A stretch of DNA of 45,188 nt, from IMG/VR virus record IMGVR_UViG_3300046778_000113, positions 1 to 45,188 of that record. The stretch is one strand, 5' to 3'. Origin of the DNA: a virus (taxonomy: Duplodnaviria; Caudoviricetes). Positions 18,308 to 25,568 of the stretch are shown in pieces. Position 1 is the stretch's first letter. Each line of letters opens with the position of its first letter. The notes beneath the pieces are model-generated. The model saw only the letters and a list, made by a program, of their open reading frames with translations, made no database searches and was not told the origin of the DNA. The position numbers and the translations under genes are program-made.

Positions 18308-18579
18308 AAGATGCAGAGCAAATAGGCATGACAAATAAGGCTACGATTGCCGCGCTCTTGGCAACGTTTGGCAATAGCATTGCGAGTACCATAAGTTGGG
18401 TTAATGAAAACCTGCTTTCGATGTCTCAAGCTGCAGCATTTGTTTTGACCATTGTTCTAATCTTCAAATACATCATTGAATCGATAAGAAGCAGCAGATC
18501 AAGCAGGATCGAGGATATTAAAAAAGAATTGGAAATAGAGAAGCTCCGGCGAGAGATTGAGCTTTTGGAAGATAAATAA
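18301..18579 (+). CDS. Small membrane protein, possible holin
   Basis: One or two hydrophobic segments and a charged C-terminal tail. Confidence 0.55.
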   Translation: MLKDAEQIGMTNKATIAALLATFGNSIASTISWVNENLLSMSQAAAFVLTIVLIFKYIIESIRSSRSSRIEDIKKELEIEKLRREIELLEDK

Positions 18580-18596
18580 AACCCCGCCTTGTGAGC

Positions 18597-18986
18597 TACC
18601 CGTTCTATTAAAGTGTTGTGCGAGGCCAAGTTGAAAATATCAATTAATGATGTATCAGGCTGGAATTTATTAAATAAATTACCGCACAAGGCGCATTCAC
18701 ACTATGTCGGAGGTGGTGCATTGATCGAATGGTTTAACGATGCAGCTGCTAGAATGAATCAAGAATTGAGCGCTAGGCATCTAAATCTCGCAGCAACTAT
18801 GTTAATGCTCAACGCAGAGATTTCGGTCTCGAAAAGAGGTACGCGAGCTATGGAGACAGCTTATTTGGGCGTATCGAGCGATGGCAAGGTCGTTGCAGGT
18901 GTCGCACCTACCATGAGAGCCGCGAAGTGTCGGCTTACTCGACTGGAATCTAAAATAGTAAAAGTAACACTTTAGTAGAACGGGTA
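18597..18986. mobile_element. MITE / non-autonomous IS derivative (~390 bp) inserted into a terminator loop
   Basis: TIRs TACCCGTTCTA(T/C)TAAAGTGTT (20/21 match) at 18597-18617 and 18966-18986; flanking direct repeat GCCTTGTGAGC (18586-18596, 18987-18997). Removing it restores AAACCCCGC-CTTGTGA-GCGGGGTTT. Confidence 0.85.
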
Positions 18987-19044
18987 GCCTTGTGAGCGGG
19001 GTTTTTCTTACTTCAAAAATGCAAAATGCGGAAGCACAGAAAGC

Positions 19045-19074
19045 AAAAAGCCCTAGTTGTTAGCTAGGGCTTTT
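19045..19074. terminator. Bidirectional terminator at the convergence of the late and early arms
   Basis: AAAAGCCCTAG-TTGTTAG-CTAGGGCTTTT. Confidence 0.8.
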
Positions 19075-19094
19075 CTATTTACTTCATAGTGTTT

Positions 19095-19349
19095 TTAAAT
19101 CGTATGCGATAAGTCGAGAGACCTTCGCAGCGAAATAAATGACAGCATAGAATCGGCTTTGCCTTCTGCGGTTTTCACCGAAAAAGAGTAAATGCCGGTT
19201 TTCAGGCTGTGGCCGGTCTGGCAAATTCGTTCAACTACTGCCGAAACAGTGGGCTCAAATTTGGCAAGACAATATTCCACAACCTCAGCCACACGAGACA
19301 TTACGGATAACGCCATTGCGGTTAAAAAGGATAGCAAACTTCGATACAT
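19095..19349 (-). CDS. Hypothetical protein
   Basis: ORF with an AGGAG RBS upstream of the MRMYRSLL start region. Confidence 0.55.
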   Translation of the reverse strand: MYRSLLSFLTAMALSVMSRVAEVVEYCLAKFEPTVSAVVERICQTGHSLKTGIYSFSVKTAEGKADSMLSFISLRRSLDLSHTI

Positions 19350-19436
19350 TCGCATTTCTAGCTCCTGGTTAATTGAAAAACAAAAAGAGATTAAACTATA
19401 CACAAATAAAAACTTAAATCAAATGCCCATTAAAAT

Positions 19437-19637
19437 TTAACTATATCCTTTTTCTTGGCAACAAAAATCCCACCCTCCAATCCACTGCTCTCGATCACTG
19501 CCAAGGTGCGGGCAGTTGTTTTTTGATATTCTTGCAAGGCAGGCATTATATCCAGAGTTGAAGATTTCTGTTTTTCTCTTACCCTCTGCGGCTCGCATTT
19601 TCATCCGATACTCAACCGATGCTTTTCTTTTACGCAT
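19437..19637 (-). CDS. Ribosome modulation factor (RMF)-like protein
   Basis: GYNAC..RISKNNCPH...REQWIGGW resembles the RMF core GYQAG..GRSKEMCPY...RSQWLGGW. Confidence 0.65.
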   Translation of the reverse strand: MRKRKASVEYRMKMRAAEGKRKTEIFNSGYNACLARISKNNCPHLGSDREQWIGGWDFCCQEKGYS

Positions 19638-19638
19638 A

Positions 19639-20133
19639 TCAAGCCCCTAAAACAACAGCCTTAAATTTAGTGGTTTCGTAAATCTTCTTGTTCTTGTGTT
19701 CGTCCGGCACAAGATTGAATTGCAAGTTACACATTACTGCGAATCTATCCCTATGCTGCCTGAACTTTTCTGGCAGCGGGTAAAGCGTCGAATGAAACTC
19801 GAAGTAATGATGCTCGGTGTGCACCTTGTCCACATCCTGCCGGTTTGGCATTGAATATACCATATCCATATACACACCCCATCGCAGCGGAATATTTATG
19901 AACTGCGATACATCGGTTAATCCGTATTTCTTCAAAAGCAAATCGGTCATGAAGCTGGTTTTGCTATCAAAGAAAAAGTGCAGCGCCTCGCCAAAATCTT
20001 GACTAAGCGGGTCTTTGTCAAACCAAACTATTTCGGCACCAATCAACAATTTTTTTATCTTTGGCGGTAGCTGAATGCCGTTTACTTTGGCGTAAATTGT
20101 TTTGTCGGCAGTTCCGAGCATGGGTAGGTTCAT
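19639..20133 (-). CDS. Hypothetical protein
   Basis: 164-aa ORF tightly coupled to its neighbours. Confidence 0.7.
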   Translation of the reverse strand: MNLPMLGTADKTIYAKVNGIQLPPKIKKLLIGAEIVWFDKDPLSQDFGEALHFFFDSKTSFMTDLLLKKYGLTDVSQFINIPLRWGVYMDMVYSMPNRQDVDKVHTEHHYFEFHSTLYPLPEKFRQHRDRFAVMCNLQFNLVPDEHKNKKIYETTKFKAVVLGA

Positions 20134-20786
20134 TGCTTCACCATCCGATTATCATCAATCGCTATGCCGGAAGTCGGGCGAATTCCGTAATCAACCCACC
20201 ACTTGCGCGGACTTGCAACCATATCAACAATGTCGCCATCGTCATTTTTAAAGAACCATTTTGGCAAGCGCTTTTGACTAACGATAACGGCGGTCCAAGT
20301 TTCGTTTTGAACCGATGCTATGCGGTGCCAGTCGTAAACGTCCAGCAGGCGAGAGAAGTTTGCCGAATGAATAAATCCGAATGAGCTCGGCTTCTGATTC
20401 GGCGGGTTATTTTTAAGCTGAAAAAGAAACTCTTCCATCAGATAAGGTACATCACTTTTCGGGTCCGGGTAAGTTTCGCGGAATTTCTTCTTTCCATCGT
20501 TACCGATGAATTCCTCTGTATATCCGCCACACAACATAATCGTTTCAAAATCGAATGGATGGCTATGCAGGTTTCTATCGCCATCATTTGACAGGAAGCG
20601 GTGCAGCCATAGGTCGCTACCATCGCGGAATGTTCCAGCGTAATAGCGTTGCAAATAAGGCTTGTGCCATAGCTCGCTAATATGCGGAGTGTTCATGGCA
20701 GGATTTGGCGAAAGCTGCGTAATATTAATCTGCTTCATCGGCATGTTTGCCGTAAGCTCAAGCATTTTGTCGTTTGTTAATTTCAT
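20130..20786 (-). CDS. Cupin-like metal-binding protein
   Basis: YLQRYY, LHRF, LHSHPF, GGYTEE and WHRI motifs. Confidence 0.55.
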   Translation of the reverse strand: MKLTNDKMLELTANMPMKQINITQLSPNPAMNTPHISELWHKPYLQRYYAGTFRDGSDLWLHRFLSNDGDRNLHSHPFDFETIMLCGGYTEEFIGNDGKKKFRETYPDPKSDVPYLMEEFLFQLKNNPPNQKPSSFGFIHSANFSRLLDVYDWHRIASVQNETWTAVIVSQKRLPKWFFKNDDGDIVDMVASPRKWWVDYGIRPTSGIAIDDNRMVKQ

Positions 20787-20791
20787 AAAAA

Positions 20792-21010
20792 TTATCCGTT
20801 GTTTTTTGGCAAAACTTCATACTTTGCGCACGTTTTAATATGACGGTCAGCCCATGAATGAGCCTTAATAAAACGATTTTCAGCAATATCAAAAATTCCA
20901 TTGAAAAACTTTAGTCCAACTCTTGTCCCGATTGGATTATAAACTTTAGCAACAACCATACCAGTATCGCTAATTTCAATTGTTTTTGTGTATCCGTCGC
21001 CGTTAATCAT
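20792..21010 (-). CDS. Hypothetical protein
   Basis: ATG overlaps the stop of the upstream 31-aa ORF (ATGA). Confidence 0.65.
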   Translation of the reverse strand: MINGDGYTKTIEISDTGMVVAKVYNPIGTRVGLKFFNGIFDIAENRFIKAHSWADRHIKTCAKYEVLPKNNG

Positions 21011-21102
21011 TTTTTCCACCGAAAGAATAAAACAGTTTCACGATCCTGCGCCGAACACTTGGCGCAGGTTTGAATTGATCCTGGCTCGCACGTGCACTTC
21101 AT
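21007..21102 (-). CDS. 31-aa Cys-rich mini-protein, not in ORF track
   Basis: MKCTCEPGSIQTCAKCSAQDRETVLFFRWKK; ATGA overlaps at both ends. Confidence 0.5.
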   Translation of the reverse strand: MKCTCEPGSIQTCAKCSAQDRETVLFFRWKK

Positions 21103-21368
21103 TTTGATGCGCGCTCGGCCTGTTTAAGCACCGTCTTAGCCTTACTCAGCGCCACTATTTTTTGATAGGTATGGCGGTGCATATCAATTCCGCTTTCGCC
21201 AAAGGTATCGACTATTTCAGTAACGATATTTTTCAGACGCTCGTTTTGGAATTTCTCGTTAGCGAGGCTTTCTGTTAGAAATTCAACTTTTAAGTGTGCG
21301 CGCCGAAAGCCTTCAACGATTACGATTATGCTAACAATAATAAGCCCATTAAATATTAAATCGTCCAT
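21099..21368 (-). CDS. Hypothetical protein with N-terminal membrane anchor
   Basis: Hydrophobic N-terminus followed by a coiled coil. Confidence 0.65.
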   Translation of the reverse strand: MDDLIFNGLIIVSIIVIVEGFRRAHLKVEFLTESLANEKFQNERLKNIVTEIVDTFGESGIDMHRHTYQKIVALSKAKTVLKQAERASK

Positions 21369-22270
21369 TACACACCTTCCGATTCGCCGCCAAATGCAGC
21401 AATAATTTCATTAATGAGAGGGCGAAGCTGAGCGGTCATTACCGAAAAATCAGCGTCGAATTGTTCGGCCTTTGACTCAGGGTTGCGCTCGTTTGCCTGA
21501 TCGGTTATTGAATCGCCAAATTTCAAGCGCTTGATCGCAAGCTGGTCGTCAATAATGAAGCTCACGCCTTCTCGCCAGTCGATAGCAAGCTTGCTTACAA
21601 ACATGCCGCTGTTGATATGGCTTAAGACCTCATCTGCGCTTAAATCCTGTTTCTTGCAGCGCACAACACGCTCATCTTTGCCTGCGTGCAATTCGATATC
21701 AAAGCCAAGTTCAAAATTAGCTGGCAACTCGTTTGTTTGCACCCAATGCGTCATAACTTGAGTCGGCACATTCTTAGCGCTCAACGGTATCGCACGCAAC
21801 GACCCAAGCGCCTCGCGTAGCTTGCCACACAAATCTTCTGCCACCTTGACTGATGAGCTATTGATTACAAGCAATTGCTCCTTGTGATCGATGTAGGCGT
21901 GTGTCAGCGTTGATTTTGTAAACGCTTTCGGCAGCAACGAGAAAATTATTTCATCTTTCAGGGTTTGCTTTTCTTTGCGGCCTACAGAACGCGATTCTGC
22001 CTCGCTTATTGACTTGGCTTTCGCTTCAATCTGCTCATTGATAACCGAGCTTGGCAAGAGCTTTGTTTCAAGCTTTGCGCAAAAAATAGTGAATCCCGCA
22101 GCCTGATGCGCAAACACATCACCAACAACTGGAACAAACCCATATTTCCAAGGGTCAAGACTTGCGCATGGAGAGAATGCAAACTCCTGCAGTTTTGCAT
22201 CAAGCTCAAGAAGCTGTAGTGACATTAAGTTGTCGGTCAGCCTGTAAACCCGTAAATTTTTAAACCACAT
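21368..22270 (-). CDS. rdgC: Recombination-associated protein RdgC
   Basis: MWFKNLRVYRL start, LLPKAFT, FDADF and FGGE end; 300 aa. Confidence 0.95.
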   Translation of the reverse strand: MWFKNLRVYRLTDNLMSLQLLELDAKLQEFAFSPCASLDPWKYGFVPVVGDVFAHQAAGFTIFCAKLETKLLPSSVINEQIEAKAKSISEAESRSVGRKEKQTLKDEIIFSLLPKAFTKSTLTHAYIDHKEQLLVINSSSVKVAEDLCGKLREALGSLRAIPLSAKNVPTQVMTHWVQTNELPANFELGFDIELHAGKDERVVRCKKQDLSADEVLSHINSGMFVSKLAIDWREGVSFIIDDQLAIKRLKFGDSITDQANERNPESKAEQFDADFSVMTAQLRPLINEIIAAFGGESEGV

Positions 22271-22271
22271 A

Positions 22272-22727
22272 TTAAAACTCCAATTTGAAAGTAACTACGA
22301 AACCATCTTTAATCGCAATCAACGTAGGCTGAATTGCGAACCTGTTATAGCTGACCACTGGGCCAGCCATTGCACACACCTGCGAACTATCGTGCATCCT
22401 ATTTTCATTAGCGCAAAACTTGTATCCATAACTTGCGCCAACGTTCGCTCCAAACTCTAAATCGCCCAGCGAAAACGCTTTGAAATATTTGGCGGCAAAG
22501 TAAGTGCTATCGCCGTAACTGTTGTAAAAATGGCCTGCGATGTAATCGTTATGCTCGACCGCAATAAATCGTTGATTCTCGTTAAGATCCCATCCATGCT
22601 CTTCAAATTTATCGGCGTTAAAATGCTTTGACCATCCGCCGATATAAATACCATCCGCCATTCCGCGCTGAGAAATTAGCTCAAGCACGCAAGCCAAAAT
22701 AATCATAATTGCTAGCTTTGTTTTCAT
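22272..22727 (-). CDS. Exported outer-membrane beta-barrel-like protein (PagP-like motifs)
   Basis: Signal peptide; GGWSKH, NENQ, FYNSY and YGY motifs; C-terminal Phe. Confidence 0.55.
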   Translation of the reverse strand: MKTKLAIMIILACVLELISQRGMADGIYIGGWSKHFNADKFEEHGWDLNENQRFIAVEHNDYIAGHFYNSYGDSTYFAAKYFKAFSLGDLEFGANVGASYGYKFCANENRMHDSSQVCAMAGPVVSYNRFAIQPTLIAIKDGFVVTFKLEF

Positions 22728-22754
22728 GATTCAGATCCGGTTGCGGCTTTTGCT

Positions 22755-22805
22755 TTATTGCTCAGCCCATGAACACAGATTAGATCATTGATAATATATT
22801 ATCAA
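22755..22805 (-). promoter_or_regulatory. Promoter TTGATA-17-TAATCT with operator 22788-22805 and a conserved 5' leader
   Basis: Palindrome TTGATAATATATTATCAA supplies the -35; 17-bp leader identical to 31942-31958. Confidence 0.75.
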
Positions 22806-22854
22806 GCACTTTATTGAAATAATATGAAAAAAGGCCGCCCAAGCAGCCAATGGA

Positions 22855-23100
22855 TCAAACAACAACTTCATCGGGTATATTTTCGCACGCAAACACACGC
22901 TTAATATTTGACGCAAAGAATGATCCAATAGATTCCGCCGCGCACGCGTCACAGAAAACCTCAAGCGGAACATCTGAATATCGATAGCGCCCATTCTTGA
23001 AAGTGATTTGAAGCTCGCGCAGCTCTGGATCGTAATAGATTGCGCGAACGTTTGACGACTGCTCGCCCGTGAACTCTTTTTTAAATTCGTTTTGTTCCAT
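22855..23100 (-). CDS. KTSC domain protein
   Basis: SSNVRAIYYDPELRELQITFKNGRYRYSDVP...AESIGSFF..NIK. Confidence 0.85.
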   Translation of the reverse strand: MEQNEFKKEFTGEQSSNVRAIYYDPELRELQITFKNGRYRYSDVPLEVFCDACAAESIGSFFASNIKRVFACENIPDEVVV

Positions 23101-23108
23101 GGATTTTC

Positions 23109-23300
23109 CTATTTGTCGAATATTGCGATTGAGGGATTCTGCACAGATAGGCCGTACAGCAAGAAAATTACTATTACCGCACAAACAACCATCAAAATTG
23201 CATTTTCTGGCGTTCTTTTGCGCAGTAATGCGAAAATGAATAGACTGGAAAAGCATACTATTAAAGCGATGATTCCAACAAATAAACCTGGATCTGACAT
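23109..23300 (-). CDS. Small two-TM membrane protein
   Basis: Two hydrophobic helices. Confidence 0.6.
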   Translation of the reverse strand: MSDPGLFVGIIALIVCFSSLFIFALLRKRTPENAILMVVCAVIVIFLLYGLSVQNPSIAIFDK

Positions 23301-23391
23301 TTTATTTACCCATAGTTAAAATAAATTAATCTTAAGTTTCTAGTAGCGCAATTGGAAATAAGCAGTTTGGGCTGTATATTTCCTGTTACAT

Positions 23392-23889
23392 TCACCACGA
23401 GAAATTAGCAGCATCTAGGTAAACTTGAGAGTGTCTACGCAATTTATCTGCGCCCGCTTTAATTTGCGGCGAAATACTTTTGTGTGTTGCTCTAATAAAC
23501 CCACGCCACGTAAAGTCATTGCTCATAGTCCCACGGTGCTCATCTTTTTGAGTAAATCTAACCCACTCTTTAGGTTTAATAATCCAAGACTTGCCATCTT
23601 TCCTAAACTCCGTGAGTGGCGCATTGCTAACCCACAAATACATCGGCGCATCAGGTTTTATTAAATCAAAATCCTGCCTATTATTAACCCGCGGTATATT
23701 GTCAAAGTGCCAGTTAGGTATGCATGGGTATTGATTCGGCATGAGCATGTGAACTTTTACGTCCCAAATAAAATTATCCGCAACATCAGGGAATGAGCCT
23801 AAAATTCCTTTCAAATCTGGCATTAACTCTATTAACTCAGAATAGCTTGCTTGGTGAACCCCGCAGTGTTGGTTTTTCCATTCAATCAT
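23392..23889 (-). CDS. Cassette A ORF; putative 2OG-Fe(II) oxygenase-like protein
   Basis: WHFD...EHRG...R spacing suggests an HxD...H triad; RBS GGAG before ATG 23889. Confidence 0.5.
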   Translation of the reverse strand: MIEWKNQHCGVHQASYSELIELMPDLKGILGSFPDVADNFIWDVKVHMLMPNQYPCIPNWHFDNIPRVNNRQDFDLIKPDAPMYLWVSNAPLTEFRKDGKSWIIKPKEWVRFTQKDEHRGTMSNDFTWRGFIRATHKSISPQIKAGADKLRRHSQVYLDAANFSW

Positions 23890-23916
23890 TTTTATCACTC
23901 CGTAGTGTTAAGGTAA

Positions 23917-24001
23917 ATGTAACCAGTCACAGCAACTGGACGGGTCAAGAATTTTGCACTGTTCTGGCTGCAAAAAGCCGCCGTTGTGCTCAACGTTATG
24001 A
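23917..24001 (+). other. attC site 1
   Basis: ATGTAAC...CA[G]CAAC / GTTGTG...GTTATGA; inner stem TTTTGCA/TGCAAAA. Confidence 0.85.
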
Positions 24002-24271
24002 ATCTAAACTTTCAACTTTGGTGGCTTTGCTAAATAAATCTGCAATCGCCTCAAATTCAGTATCTCCATAACCTGTAAGCTGGTACTGGTCAACGTAGCC
24101 GCAATAGCCCGCCATAAGCTCTGTAACGTCCGTTTTTTCTTCCTCGGTAAGTTCGTAGCCTTCCAGTCGCTTTACTGCTACCGTCATGTTCACAGCAACG
24201 CAAGGCGGCTCACAAACATCTGTTGTCCAAACACCAATTCTATTACCGTCAATTTCCATGTAGTTTTGCAT
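23996..24271 (-). CDS. Cassette B ORF; acidic hypothetical protein
   Basis: Stop TAA lies in the attC1 core GTTA; GYGDTEFEAIADL motif. Confidence 0.75.
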   Translation of the reverse strand: MQNYMEIDGNRIGVWTTDVCEPPCVAVNMTVAVKRLEGYELTEEEKTDVTELMAGYCGYVDQYQLTGYGDTEFEAIADLFSKATKVESLDS

Positions 24272-24283
24272 TTCAATTACCTG

Positions 24284-24370
24284 TCATAACAAGGTTATTA
24301 AGCACGGACGCAATCTAAGTCCGCGTATTTATCATTTGTGAAACGTGCGCCGCTTATAACGGCGTTACAT
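24284..24370 (+). other. attC site 2
   Basis: TCATAAC...GTTA[T]TAAGC / GCTTATAAC...GTTACAT; GG[A]CGCA/TGCGCC. Confidence 0.85.
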
Positions 24371-24748
24371 TGCCTCTGCAAATTTCGGCAGAGGCATCCA
24401 GTGCGTTATTGTTTTTATGGCGTGGCAGCAAGAAAATTCATGTGATTCAATGTTTTCGTACCAACCTTCACGCCAATAATACATTTCGTCTTCTTCGTTG
24501 AAGTCGCCATGCTCGTATTCATCGCTATTATCTTCAACAGAAAATTTATAAACCCAAAATCCAACTATTGTTCTGCGCTTGCCAGCTTCGTTTAACAATG
24601 AAAGTAAGCGCTTCTTGCCGCTCTTGGCTTCATCGTCAATTGGCCGCCAATATAACAAGTCATTCGTGCATCGCGCTTCGCGCTGGACAGTCAGCCCAAC
24701 GCAGTTTTGTTCTTGGCCTTCGTTTTCTTTAAGCATTTTATTCTCCAA
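24365..24748 (-). CDS. Cassette C ORF; DUF551-like phage protein
   Basis: WRPID...ITHWMPLP signature; start and RBS lie inside attC3. Confidence 0.75.
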   Translation of the reverse strand: MENKMLKENEGQEQNCVGLTVQREARCTNDLLYWRPIDDEAKSGKKRLLSLLNEAGKRRTIVGFWVYKFSVEDNSDEYEHGDFNEEDEMYYWREGWYENIESHEFSCCHAIKTITHWMPLPKFAEAM

Positions 24749-24786
24749 TTAGTCTGGGCTGCCTGCCGCACAACTCAACGTTAAGT
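24650..24786 (+). other. attC site 3 (137 bp)
   Basis: ATATAAC...TT[C]GTGC / GCACAA...GTTAAGT; GG[A]CAG/CTGCC; CAGCCCA/TGGGCTG. Confidence 0.8.
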
Positions 24787-24981
24787 GCTTTCACGTTCAA
24801 ATTCAACACACTTAACTAAAACATAACCGTCAATATCACCTTTGCTGATTTTCGGCATGGATTCAAAATTCAGGGCTTTGCAAAATTTAAGATCATCTTT
24901 GTGTGTGCAAGAAATGCACATCCCGCCCTTTGGTATAAAAGTAAGTTTCTCAGCTATCACTTCGTCATCCTCATTTAACAA
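24781..24981 (-). CDS. Cassette D ORF; small Cys-rich phage protein (start uncertain)
   Basis: PKGGMCISC...C..L.FESMP...VLVKCVEF; the nearest ATG in attC4 is out of frame. Confidence 0.6.
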   Translation of the reverse strand: MLNEDDEVIAEKLTFIPKGGMCISCTHKDDLKFCKALNFESMPKISKGDIDGYVLVKCVEFEREST

Positions 24982-25058
24982 GTCGCTGAAAGGCGACGGT
25001 TCGTAAATCTCAGTTTTGTTTGTTCTTCATCATGCCGCGCTTTAGCTCTGCGTTATAC
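24973..25058 (+). other. attC site 4
   Basis: ATTTAAC AAGTC GCT[G]AAAG / CTTTAGC TCTGC GTTATAC; GCG[A]CGG/CCGCGC. Confidence 0.85.
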
Positions 25059-25280
25059 TTTTAGCCCGCATTCCTTTGCTAGCTCTGCGCCATGGCGCTC
25101 AATAATATTTCCATATTCAACCCCAAAAGTATCGTTGTTGTGGTGCTCTGCAATCCGGTGCAATTGCGCCAAGGTAACAGTGTTGGTAGTTACATGATTG
25201 CTTTCAAATGCGCCAATCATTAAATCAACAAAATTCATAATTGCAGCCGCTTTTTCTTTACTTAGTTGTTCAATATCCAT
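25053..25280 (-). CDS. Hypothetical protein; its stop codon lies at the cassette insertion point
   Basis: TAA falls within GTTATAC at 25052-25058. Confidence 0.7.
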   Translation of the reverse strand: MDIEQLSKEKAAAIMNFVDLMIGAFESNHVTTNTVTLAQLHRIAEHHNNDTFGVEYGNIIERHGAELAKECGLKV

Positions 25281-25294
25281 CGCAAAAACTCCAA

Positions 25295-25516
25295 TTAATG
25301 TTTACGAAACCGATTGCCAGCCAGCTCGCTAGCCCGCGCACACTCAATACATGAAGAGTAACCTCCAAGGCGACGCGCATCAGGTATTTGATTTCCGCAA
25401 TCGCAAAACTTCTTGCCGATACCATTTGGAACCTTTGCGCGTATTGCCATAACTTCGCGGCTAACCGCTTCCTCAGCATGAGCTTCTGTTAATTCTATTT
25501 GTCGTTCGCCTGTCAT
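25295..25516 (-). CDS. TraR/DksA C4-type zinc-finger protein
   Basis: CDCGNQIPDARR...CIECA. Confidence 0.8.
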   Translation of the reverse strand: MTGERQIELTEAHAEEAVSREVMAIRAKVPNGIGKKFCDCGNQIPDARRLGGYSSCIECARASELAGNRFRKH

Positions 25517-25536
25517 ATTAAAATCCGTTAGTTGAT

Positions 25537-25560
25537 AAAAACCCGCCGGTTAGGGCGGGT
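25537..25560 (-). terminator. Intrinsic terminator after the SPFH gene
   Basis: ACCCGCC-CTAACC-GGCGGGT-TTTT on the - strand. Confidence 0.7.
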
Positions 25561-25568
25561 GACTGCTG

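Larger units (their letters stand above)
23386..25052 (+). mobile_element. Array of four integron-type gene cassettes without an integrase (CALIN-like)
   Basis: Four attC sites; each cassette's start core pairs with its own R'': GTTACAT/ATGTAAC, GTTATGA/TCATAAC, GTTACAT/ATATAAC, GTTAAGT/ATTTAAC. Confidence 0.85.

Noticed and set aside
18613-18975. 120-aa ORF as a transposase or phage gene
   Set aside because: Too short, no DDE motif or RBS recognised, and it starts inside the TIR; at most a remnant or cargo.
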